Below are positions 1 through 9,367 of a stretch of 12,274 bases of DNA, in pieces. Position 1 is the stretch's first letter, and every line of letters starts with the position of its first letter. A program made the position numbers and the translations under genes. Location: NCBI RefSeq assembly GCF_006345805.1, contig NW_021826652.1, forward strand, positions 1 through 12,274. The letters are read 5' to 3'. This DNA is from Octopus sinensis (taxonomy: Eukaryota). The notes below the pieces were generated by a model. That model was not told the DNA's origin, did not search any database, and was given only the letters and a program-made list of their open reading frames with translations.

Positions 1-2
1 CA

Positions 3-916
3 GTCACAAAACAGGCAAAGGAATATCTAAGTGAATTCCGAATACAGCCAATTTCGGAATTAGAGATAGACATACAAGAAACAAGCACAGAAAAAGCTAG
101 GCGCATGAAAACCCGTGCCAAAACTGCGGCCTCAGATATTCTGAATAATAAATAGCAAGAAAAACCTCTCTATGGCAAATACCCAAAGAGAGCGAATAAT
201 GCAGATATTGATAAAGCCCTGACCCATCAATGGCTAATGGCCTCTGGCTTAAAATCTGAAACAGAAGGGTTTATCATAGCAGCTCAAGATCAATGCCTAC
301 CAACAAGAAACTACCAGGCCAACATATTAAAAAATGGCAGTAGCCCAACATGTCGTGCATGGCGACAACAAAATGAAACCATTGATCATGTTGTCTTCAA
401 ATGCAGTCTTCTAGCGCCTACAGAGTACCTCAACAGGCATGGTAGAGCTGCACAATATATTCACTGGGTAATTTGCAAAAACCTGGATTTGCCCCATGAA
501 AAAAACTGGTGGGAACACAATCCACCTCCATTGCTTGAAAATGACCACATCTCACTCCTCTGGAACTTCACCATTCAAACTGACAGAAAGATAGATGCAA
601 ATAGGCCAGACATCATATTGAAAGACTTCAGACAAAGAACATGCCTCTCATTGATATGACTGTCCCAATCGATATAAACGTATCTGTCAAGACCTACCAA
701 AAACTGAGCAAATATAAAGATCTTGAAATAGAAATCAGCAAAATGTGGAAGCTGAAGACTAAAACAATATCTGTTGTCATAGGTGCCCTGGGAATGATAG
801 CGAAAGTGGCTGATTGCTACCTAACTCAGACACCAGGAAACCCCAAAATGGCAGAAATTCAAAAGATAGTGCTCATGGGAACTGATCATATCCTACGCAA
901 AATACTCTCTATGTAA
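3..916 (+). pseudogene. Disrupted C-terminus of the LINE ORF (zinc knuckle + restriction-like endonuclease)
   Basis: In-frame TAG at 153-155 where W is expected in W.EKP.HG. The second Cys of the knuckle reads Trp. A frameshift near 645-650 splits the frame into ORFs 237..659 and 641..916. Confidence 0.85.
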
Positions 917-1113
917 TCCCAAGGTTTAAAACAAACTTTTTTTTTTTTTTAATTTAGGTATTAGACATTCACTAGTACAACACCAAAAAAAAACCCAAAT
1001 ATATGGCACACTAGGCATAACAACAACGTGAACTTCCAACCTGTTGTCTCTTGAGGTCTCTAGGTGAGACTTGGAGCCAACTTGTACAGACATAAAGCAA
1101 AAGTCAAACATAG

Positions 1114-1125
1114 AATAATAATAAC

Positions 1126-1186
<61 letters not shown>
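1114..1186 (+). repeat. (AAT)n microsatellite, ~24 units with one AAC interruption
   Basis: Read directly from the sequence. Confidence 0.97.
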
Positions 1187-1740
1187 GCCCTGATGCAGTA
1201 CCAGGCAGTGGCTCTCATGGCTTCTGATCTTAACTGATTGGAAGTGTTATCATGTACATTGTTTTGTCTTGGTATAAAAGATGGGCTACAGCAAATATTC
1301 TGCTCAATACCACAGATTTGCTTGTCAGTTGTTTGACCATAACCAGTTGAGCATGTCCCTTAGTGGCTGACGATATGTGCATCTCTGATCACGAGCAGAA
1401 GTAGTGGGGGAGCATCATAGCCATGTGTTGAGAGGGATTCTTTTGGGTTTGAATAGTTCACCTCTGGAAACATGGGTGGTTCTTTCAACATCCTTAAACA
1501 ACCCTTATTCAGGGACCTTTTGAGTGGGATGGGTTACTCGATCTGAAGAAAATTCTAACTGGGCTCCACCTGCAAGGTCATGTGCTGTTTATCTTGATAT
1601 GAGATCACCATGTCGCGCACATATGGTTGTGATGCATGTGCCTGGTGTACCCTTATCAGACGGGTAGTCATCATGGGTATACTGGGCTTCGTATATTTTA
1701 CCCCAGTGTCACTTTGATGGCATGCTCTGCTCGCTCACTC
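1187..1740. mobile_element. Unclassified ~555-bp non-coding element flanked on both sides by (AAT)n (possible non-autonomous retroposon)
   Basis: Higher-GC, high-complexity block with sharp edges (AAT)n|GCCCTGATGCAGTACC ... CTCACTC|(AAT)n. No ORF in the track and no recognisable tRNA head. It resembles an interspersed repeat recalled from octopus DNA (unverified). Confidence 0.55.
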
Positions 1741-1764
1741 AATAATAATAATAATAATAATAAT
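1741..1764 (+). repeat. (AAT)8 microsatellite
   Basis: Read directly from the sequence. Confidence 0.95.
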
Positions 1765-2074
1765 TAGAAAATGGAAATGAATTGGATATAAATGAATTTA
1801 TTAATTAATCAATATCATCATCTATAATTGTTTCATTTCATGAAGTCAAAATTACAAGACATATACAAATATAAATAAATTTTTCATTTTAAATACCTTT
1901 GGTGAAAATCTTCAGATTGCATAAAAGGATAATATAAGGACTACATAGTGATTTGATGGAATATTCAATTTATACACAGAATATATATTTATGTTTACTA
2001 TGTGTAAGTGTGTGTGCACGCATTGTTAAAAATATTCATTCATTTTTTAAATTCACTATTACTAATAACAATAT

Positions 2075-3826
2075 CATTGGGCAAAAAAAAAGAAAATTGT
2101 CATGCTATTTAAACTTTTTCAGATGATTTAGGGTAATTTTAAGGTACTGAATCTGAATCTGACATCAGTTTTTAGACAGCAAGTGTAGCTTTTTTAGTTA
2201 TTCACAGCATCAGATTTTCCAACCAATTGATAATATTGACAAAGTAGTAGGCTATTTGCTTTCAATTTTCATTCATATACTCATCACGGAAACAAAAACA
2301 AGTGCTGATAGAGGTTAAATGTAGGCTACCTGTTAAATTGTCACACAAGATGAGAATTTATTTTACTTTGTTATTGCTGTAATTATAGTAAAGTTCTCCT
2401 CACAGAAGGCTATTGATATTAGGTTATAGCAAGCCACTCAGACACCCTTTCCTTGATAATTGCTAGGGCTGTTAAAACAAAGTACATCAAATAAGAGAGC
2501 CAGGTTACATGAAAAGCTGTTTAGTAGAAAGTTTAGTTATTTATTAAAGTGATCAATGCTTGAAATTTAGAGATGGAAAAAATTGTTTCATGATAGCCAT
2601 AGCTTCAGTACATTCTATAATAATTTCAATGATTTTTTTGAGAAATATATTTTGATGTTTTACAGTAATATTTACATTTGATTAATTTTATATTTTAGTT
2701 TACTGATAGTCTTCATTGAGTGTTGATTTAGGTTATTTCTGTATATTATGATGAGGAGACAAGTTTGTGCTAATCACCTGGACAGCTTTTGTTATGTGTG
2801 TGGAAAATTACATCAAAAGATCAGAGAATAAGCTTACAACGAAATTTTAAAATGCTTACAAGCTTTACTTTGGGTCCAAAGTTGGAGACCAAGATAAACT
2901 GTGGGCACCTCCTCTTTGTTGCAAAGCTGCAACATAGCTCTAACCCAATGGTTGAAAGATAAACGGAAAAGTATGCGCAAACCAACAAACACTATACCAA
3001 TTGCTATTTCTACTTAACTAATATCACAGTTTTCTCTAAGAAGAACAAATCGAAGATTTGTTTATCCAGATTGCTCTTCAGCTTTAATACCAGTTTCTCA
3101 TGCTGCTGAAAATATTCCAATTCCAGAACCTCCTTCATCTTTTGAGAAAAATAGTTTAAATGAAGAAAATACTGCATCTACTTCAATTGAAGGCGTGTCA
3201 AGTGATACTGCAGATCACTGTGATGAACCAGGATCTTCGAAAAAAGTTCCTTATTTATTGAGTCAACTTGAGTTAAATGATTTAGTTCGAGACTTGGGTT
3301 TAACAAAAGAAAAGTCAGAACTACTGGGCTCCAGGTTGAAACAATGGAATCTTTTACACCATGTTATAAAATATTTGTACTTTCAAAACGGCATACAGGA
3401 TTGCATTAATTCATTGCATGTAGGATTAAAGGAGATGTATGAATCAATGGAAACAATTTTGCACTTGATTAAATATTGTAAACACAAGTGGAAGATATGC
3501 AGGGACTTGAAAGTTATTGGTTTGCTTCTTGGGTTGCAAATGGGGTATGTAAAGCATTAGGGGCTTTTTGTGCCTTTAGAACAGCAGAGATGACAAGCAT
3601 CACTATAATCAAAAAGAGGGGCCAAAGTGAAGTGAATTCACTCCAGGGAGATACATTAAATATATCCCTTTAGTTGACCTTCAGAAAAATTTTCCTTCAT
3701 CCCTTACACATTAAATTTGGCTTGTTTAAGAATTTTGTTACGGCCATGAATGTAGACAGTGAAGGATTCAAATATCTCAGTGAAAAATTTGTTTCTAGCA
3801 TGAGTGAAGCTAAAATCAAAGCTGGT
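2075..3826 (+). mobile_element. Chapaev3-like DNA transposon remnant (left end + broken transposase; right end not found)
   Basis: Starts CATTGGGCAAAAA (one change from a CACTGGGC-type terminus), followed by ...GTACTGAATCTGAATCTGAC, as recalled for the ends of this family. Transposase motifs follow from 2748. The superfamily name is from recall. Confidence 0.72.
2748..3826 (+). pseudogene. Degenerate transposase (Chapaev3-type)
   Basis: Collinear motifs across frameshifts: CANHLDSFCYVCGKF; AYKLYFGSKVGDQDKLWAP; HYTNCYF; SQLELNDLVRDLGLTKEKSELLGSRLKQWNLL; KEMYESM...KWKICRDLKVIGLLLGLQMGY; FLCL*NSRD..HY; PLVD.QK; FLHPLHIKFGLFKNFVTAM...GFKYLSEKF..MSEAKIKAG. Several stops, frameshifts and internal deletions. 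Confidence 0.85.
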
Positions 3827-4269
3827 GGACAAGATATCACAAGAACCGCTGGATGGATTCAGATGAAACTTTCAGGGATGTTTGGCCTCATGACTGGCAT
3901 AAACTGATTAGATTTTGGGATCAATCTGGTACTGGACAAGGATTCTAGATTATTTGTTATATTTACTTAAGTATTATGATCTTATGTTGAATTTTAAGTC
4001 TTTCTCTGATTATCTCCCTTGAAAGCACACTCATGGTTTCCACATAAGTTATGACAGTGTTGTTGCTTCCAGAGTTTTATTTTGTTTCTCTGTTATTAAT
4101 TTTACACGCATCTCTATCTTAGTAGAAACTGATGGACAAAGAAATCAAACAACATAAACAAATGGCAGCAAAACTGCTCAGAAATTAAATAACACTAAAA
4201 TATTTAGTAACAATAATAAATTTAATTTATCCTTGATAATTTTTAGTTTTACCAATTTTGAATATATAG

Positions 4270-4631
4270 CTCCTGTTCAAAACCTCTTACCTACTTGGCA
4301 ATTGCATTTCTAGCTCCGCCTTGAAGGAAGCTTTACTTCTTGAACTCACATTTTTGTGTGCAACGATGTTGTTAAACCTCCGTTAACAGCACCAAATGCA
4401 GGTCCTTTCCATTTTTTTTCACACATGGATAAATTTTTCACTATAGACCTTAATGGTCATTAAGACACTATATTAATGGATAGACTAAAAAAGGCTTTCC
4501 TAGAGAAAACTGTTCCTGTTCCCAATGCAGACGACACGAATGCAGCATTACAAATATGGCCCCACAAACCCACCTTCACATTCCATGACTACCACTGGGA
4601 TTGATCAGGTAGTGGATAAGGATTCTGGATT
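4270..4631 (+). other. Possible decayed coding segment of unknown identity
   Basis: The frame starting at 4272 reads PVQNLLPTWQLHF*LRLEGSFTS*THIFVCNDVVKPPLTAPNAGPFHFFSHMDKFFTIDLNGH*DTILMDRLKKAFLEKTVPVPNADDTNAALQIWPHKPTFTFHDYHWD*SGSG*GFWI. All five stops are one C>T change from CAG/CGA/CAA. Its end matches a second segment at 3916-3951. No family recognised. Confidence 0.3.
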
Positions 4632-4891
4632 AATTTTCCGTGTTTTTTACTTAATTTTTGAGAGAAGTCAGGTTTATTTTTAGTATTCTCGTTTGTGAGA
4701 GCAGTTGAGTTTATTTCAGATATTCTCATTTTAAAAATCCTCTCCAGCTAATCATTGAGAGGACGTTAGTGTTGCCTTGGTGGAGATTTGTGCTCTTGTT
4801 TAATATTCATATTTATATTTAAATTTAACAATAATGATAATAGTCAATTAAATTATATAAGAGTAAAAGTAGATGATTAAAATATATAATA

Positions 4892-5050
4892 TCTTAATAT
4901 AAAAAAATACCCTGTCTGTGTGTGTCCTCAATGCATGCTCAAAGTTCTGAATCAATTTGTACCATACTTGGGGTACATGAATAATTTGACCTTGGAAAGA
5001 ATAATGCAATCTTGATTTATTTTTTGTTTTTTAAAATAAATAATATTGCT
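4892..5050 (+). mobile_element. Possible 5' end of a non-autonomous Helitron-like repeat
   Basis: A|TCTTAATATAAAA followed by TGTCTGTGTGTGTCC and ...GAATCAATTTGTACCATACTTGGGGTAC resembles the start of short Helitron-derived repeats. No 3' hairpin/CTAG end found, and the end coordinate is approximate. Confidence 0.3.
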
Positions 5051-5267
5051 CTATAGAAAAGATTCACTTGTTCAAATCGTTTCCTCAACTTCCTGTGCTT
5101 GAACTTCCAGTCTTTGATGTCCTAACCAGATATCTACACACACATGTATGTATACATCATTACAGTTGTGATGATTTCTGACAAAAAGAATTTCTAAAGG
5201 TACTTTCATGTCAGAAAAATAATTTCATACGGAGACAGACACCATTTTTTCAGTTAATTAAATGCTT

Positions 5268-5582
5268 GGAATCAACTACCATGGCCACCTAATATGCTAC
5301 AAAACCCTTTTTGTGGTCCAAAAGACAGGGTGTGGTGTGGTGGAAGCTTCTGAAATTTCACACCCCTTGCCCATTGATCTTTTCACCATCTATTTTTCAA
5401 TGTACGTGGAAAAACACGGAGATTAAGAATATGGAAAACATTTTTTTTTTTACTGTCAAATTTACCATGAAACACTCCAGGCAAATTTTTAGATAAAGCT
5501 CACACAATTTTCACTAAGAAAAAAAATCGGATTTTTTGCATGGAATCAACTACCCTGGCCTCCTAATATGCTACAAATACCC
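5268..5582 (+). repeat. Pair of ~40-bp direct repeats (5268-5307 and 5542-5582)
   Basis: GGAATCAACTACCaTGGCCaCCTAATATGCTACAAA-ACCC versus GGAATCAACTACCcTGGCCtCCTAATATGCTACAAAtACCC: 2 mismatches and 1 indel, offset 274 bp. Confidence 0.9.
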
Positions 5583-5817
5583 ATTTATATTGCATAATTC
5601 ATTGAATAATTGATACCTAACCCTTTGTTTCCGTCATCATCATCATCACCGTCATCATCATCATCATTGTTCAACGTCCGTTTTCCATGCTAGCATGGGT
5701 TGGACGGTTCGACTGGGGTCTGAGAAACCAGGCGGCTGCACCAGGCTCCAGTCTGATCTGGCAGTGTTTCTACAGCTAGATGCCCTTCCTAATACCAACA
5801 ACTCCGTGAATGTAGTG

Positions 5818-5971
5818 GGTGCTTTTTATGTGCCACCGGCACAGGCACCAGGCGAGGCTGGCAATGGCCACGATCAGCTGGTGCTTTTTATGTGCCACCG
5901 GCACGGAAGCCAGTCAAGGCGGCGCTGGCATCGGCCACGTTCGGATGGTGCTTTTTACGTGACACCAGCAC
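5818..5971. repeat. 62-67-bp minisatellite in the RTE 3' UTR
   Basis: GGTGCTTTTTA(T/C)GTG(C/A)CACC(G/A)GCAC occurs at 5818, 5880 and 5947. Confidence 0.9.
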
Positions 5972-6153
5972 AGGTATCACAACTACAATTTCCATTTGAT
6001 TTTTATTTCATATTGATGTACTTGACTCAATAGGTCTCGTCAAGCACAGTAGGCCACCCTACAAGATAAGCACAAGAGGCCATCCTGTGATCCAAGGTAC
6101 TTTGGATGGGCTGGGGCTGCTACGTGAAGCTGGTGCAGGAGACAGCCATGAAC

Positions 6154-7915
6154 TCACATTATTTGTCGGGTTTTCACAGTCACAGCATACCTCCAGAGTT
6201 CTTGGTATTTCGTCATTGCCTCTGTGAGGCCCAACATTCGAAGGTCATGCTTGACCACCACATCCCATGTATTCCTGGGTCTACCTCTACCCTGGATTCC
6301 TTCAACTGTTTGGGAGTGGCATTTCTTCACACATCTCTCCTCATCCATCTGTAGTACATGACCATACCAGTGCAAATGTCTCTTTTGCACGCCACATCCA
6401 ATGCTTCTTATGTCCAGTATTTCTCTCAGGACACTTACACTCTGTCATGTGTGCACACTAACATTACACATCCAGCGGATCATGCTAGCTTCATTTCTTT
6501 CAAGCCTATGAATGTCCTCTGCAGTCACAGCCTATGTTTCACTACCGTGAAGCATTGTAGTTCACACACATGTGTCGTACAATCTACCATTCACTCTGAG
6601 CGAGAGACCCTTTGTCACTAGTAGGGGTAGAAGCTTTCTGAACTTTGCCCAGGCTATTTGTATTCTAGTGGTGACGCTCTATGAGAATCCACCTCCACTA
6701 CTAACTTGGTCACCTAGGTAGTGGAAACTATCAACTACTTCTAGTTTCTCTCCCTGAAGTGTGATGGAATCTGTTTTCTGAGTATCTGTGGTGTCTATTG
6801 CCCCTGTGCATCTGCCGCACACAAAAGCTATCATCTCGGTTAATTTTCCTCTGATGTTGCTGCATCCCTTATGCATCCATAGCTTACATTGGGTACATCT
6901 TATGGAGTTTCTACCTACACCTTTTCTACAGATTGAGGAGGGGGTGATGAGGTCGCCTTCCTACTTAGTAGAACTTTAGTCTTTGATACATTGACTCTAA
7001 GGTGTTTTGATTCGAAACCTTGCTTCCACAGCCGAAATTTCTTTTCTAGTTCCGGTAGTGATTCTGCTATGAGGGCCAGGTCATCAGCATAGAGGAGCTC
7101 CCAGGGGCAACCTGTCTTGAATTCCTCTGTTATTGCCTAGAGGACAATGAGGAATAAAAGGGACTGAGGCCTGAACCTTGGTGGATCCCTACTTCTACCC
7201 GGAATTCTTTACGATACTCGTTGCTAATCCTAACCTTACTAACGGCCTCTCGGCATAGGGCCTGTACAGCCCTTATTAACCATTCGTCAATCTCCAATTT
7301 CCACATTGCCCACCAGATAAGGGATCGGGGAACCCTGTCAAAGGCTTTCTCCAAGTCCACAAAAGCTAAGTACAGGGGTTTATCTTTAGCTAGGTATTTC
7401 TCCTGCAGTTGTCAAACCAGTAATATGGCATCAGTGGTGCTTCTACCCAGAACAAAACCAAACTGCATCTCATCTAAGCAGACTCTCTCCCTAATGAGAT
7501 GGGCTATGACCCTCTCTGTGACAGTCATCACCTGATCCAGCAGTTTAATACCCTTATAGTTATTTCTATCTAGGGCATCACCTTTACCCCTGTAGCAGTT
7601 GACTATGGTGCTGCTACGCCAGTCATTGGGTATGGCTCCATGTTGAACTACCTGGTTTACAATGCATGTGACTAGGCCATAGCCCACTCCACCAGGTGTT
7701 TTAAGCATCTCAGCAGTGATTCCTGATAGGCTGGGGGCTTTTCCTGGCTTCATACCCTTAATTGCTTTACCTACTAGGGAGCTGTCTATTCGGATAGCTG
7801 GTCCTTCAACTGGATTAACATTTGGCAGGCTCTTCTCCTCCCATTCATTCTCTACATTCAGCAGTCTTTCATAATAGCTTCTCCAAGCCTCTTTCTTTGC
7901 AGAAACATTAAATGC
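6154..7915 (-). pseudogene. Frameshifted reverse transcriptase ORF of the RTE element, with a PHD-like Cys/His cluster after the RT core
   Basis: ORF-track pieces 7412..7978, 7130..7360, 6679..6876 and 6154..6390 are collinear parts of one RT ORF split by frameshifts. Confidence 0.9.
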
Positions 7916-8213
7916 ACGTCTTTTCAGAAACTTAATGTTTCTATAACATAGATTCTCAAGAAAAAAATTTTTCCTCAATGTAAATCAAACTCTTTCGTGC
8001 CCAAAGTAATGTGTGTGTGTGAGAGAGAGGGGGGGCAGGGAGAAAGACGAACGATTTAAAATAAATATATTTTAATTGTTGTGTGAGAAAGTATATATAA
8101 TCTGATTATAAAGTATAGTGTCTTTCAAAAACATCCTAAATTTGAATACTATATCTCGTGTATAAGAAAAAAAAACATTTTACATTTTTATTTTTGGTGA
8201 ACACTGTCACTTA

Positions 8214-8327
8214 CTCTCTCTCTCCCTCACACACACACACACAACAACACGCAACATCTGTCTCCCTCACACACACACATACATACATCAACACAACTTC
8301 TCTCTCCCTCACACACACACACACACA
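8214..8327. repeat. Compound (CT)n/(CA)n minisatellite, three ~41-bp units
   Basis: TCTCCCTCACACACACAC occurs at 8221, 8261 and 8303. Confidence 0.85.
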
Positions 8328-8604
8328 TTTTCACTTCGTTATGGCAAGAAGGGACTTAACTCATGTTAGCAAACTTCAAAATTGGTAAAAGTTAAGGCTG
8401 AAAATCGATTTTTACTACTACCCGCTGGTGCTTCGGGGAAAATAATTTGACAAAAATAGAGTTAGGTTCGTGACAAATGTCTTCCTAAAATTGGAGCGAC
8501 ATGCTTGCTAATTTGTGGACGTGCATAAATTACATTCACGTACACACATCCTGCCTTTTATATATACAGATAAATACCAACAACATTATCCATATACGCA
8601 TATA

Positions 8605-9367
8605 CATCATCATCATCATCATCGTCGTTTAACGTCCGCTTTCCATGCTTGTATGAGTTGGACGGTTTGACTGTCGGCTGGTGAACCAGATGGCTGCACC
8701 AAGCTCCAGTCTTGATCTGGCAGTTTCTACAGCTGGATGCCCTTCCGAATGCCAACCACTTTGAGAGTGTAGTGGGTGCTTTTACGTGCCACTGGCATGG
8801 GGGCCAGACAGGCAGTACTGGCAACGACCTCGCTCGAATTTGTTTTTACACATGCCAACGGCACAGGTGCCAGTAAGGAGATGCTGGTAACGATCCCGCT
8901 CGAATGGTGCCTCCTACATGCCTCCTATAAGCCAGATAGCCGCTCTGGCAATGATCACACTCAGATGGTGCTCTTAGCACCCTACTAGCACAGGACACAA
9001 GTGCCAGTAAGGCGAAGCTGGCAACGACCACGCTCATATGGTGCTCGTGCCCGTCATCGAATTTTACTTTGATTTTGATTTCTGTTTTGATTTCACTTGC
9101 CTCAACAGGTCTTCGCAAGCAGAGATTAGTGTTCAGAGAAAGAAAAGGTACGCACACGTGGGCTGGTTACACCCCTGGCACAGGCAAACGAGGTTATGGT
9201 CTCATTTGGCTTGCCGGGTCTTCTCAAGCACAGCATATTTCCAAAGGTCTCGGTCACTAGTCATTTCCTTGGTGAGGCCTAAAGTTCGAAGGTCGTGCTT
9301 CCCCACTTCATCCCAGGTCTTCCTGGGTCTACCTCTTCCACAGGTTCCCTCAACCGCTAGGGTGTGG
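8605..9367 (-). mobile_element. Second, heavily 5'-truncated RTE-clade LINE (related subfamily) with (GAT)n tail
   Basis: Minus strand 9366-9202 reads HTLAVEGTCGRGRPRKTWDEVGKHDLRTLGLTKEMTSDRDLWKYAVLEKTRQAK*, homologous to the C-terminus at 6154-6390. The terminal ~190 bp matches 5635-5845, and (CAT)n starts at 8605. Confidence 0.9.
8775..9044. repeat. 61-73-bp minisatellite in the second RTE 3' UTR
   Basis: CTGG(C/T)AA(C/T)GA.C.C(G/A)CTC..AT occurs at 8818, 8884, 8945 and 9018, followed by GGTGC in the last three. Confidence 0.85.

Larger units (their letters stand above)
1..1186 (+). mobile_element. 3' fragment of an RLE-type non-LTR retrotransposon (R4/Dong-like), with 3' UTR and (AAT)n tail
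   Basis: One frame from nt 3 reads ...NK*QEKPLYGKY...QWLMASGLKSETEGFIIAAQDQ, then a zinc-knuckle relic (CRAW..ETIDHVVFKC), then RH, RPDII and, after a frameshift, IDMTVP...KLSKYKDL...VVIGALG. This is the CCHC + PD-(D/E)XK restriction-like endonuclease end of RLE LINEs. The stop at 914-916 is followed by ~200 bp of UTR and then (AAT)n. Clade assignment is from motif recall and the TAA-repeat association known for Dong. Confidence 0.85.
5634..7920 (-). mobile_element. 5'-truncated RTE-clade LINE with 3' UTR and (GAT)n tail
   Basis: Minus-strand RT motifs: KKEAW..YYERLLN, GKAP..SGITAEMLK, QFGF..GRSTTDAI, DLEKAFDRVPR, GIHQGSGLSP, WELLYADDL (YADD at 7080-7091), LRVNVSKTK, FHYLGD, LHWYGHV, RGRPRNTW. 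The stop at 6154-6156 is followed by a UTR and a (GAT)n tail seen as (CAT)n at 5634-5667. The 5' junction is approximate. Confidence 0.92.

Noticed and set aside
926-1111. Short ORFs 926..1111 (-), 5311..5496, 8158..8388 and 9597..9779
   Set aside because: They are low-complexity or UTR-derived frames without motifs, and their lengths are consistent with chance.
1367-1475. Hammerhead ribozyme core (CTGACGA at ~1368, GAAAC at ~1468); HDV-like fold at the element ends
   Set aside because: Stems I-III and the NUH site could not be formed, and no P1/P1' pairing for an HDV fold was found by eye.
4247-8390. 16-nt perfect inverted match (4247-4262 versus 8375-8390)
   Set aside because: It is very AT-rich, does not extend, and is expected by chance in a window of this size and composition.
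8421-8437. CCCG-CTGGTGCTT-CGGG hairpin as a Helitron 3' end
   Set aside because: The stem is only 4 bp, and there is no correctly spaced CTRR terminus or matching 5' end.
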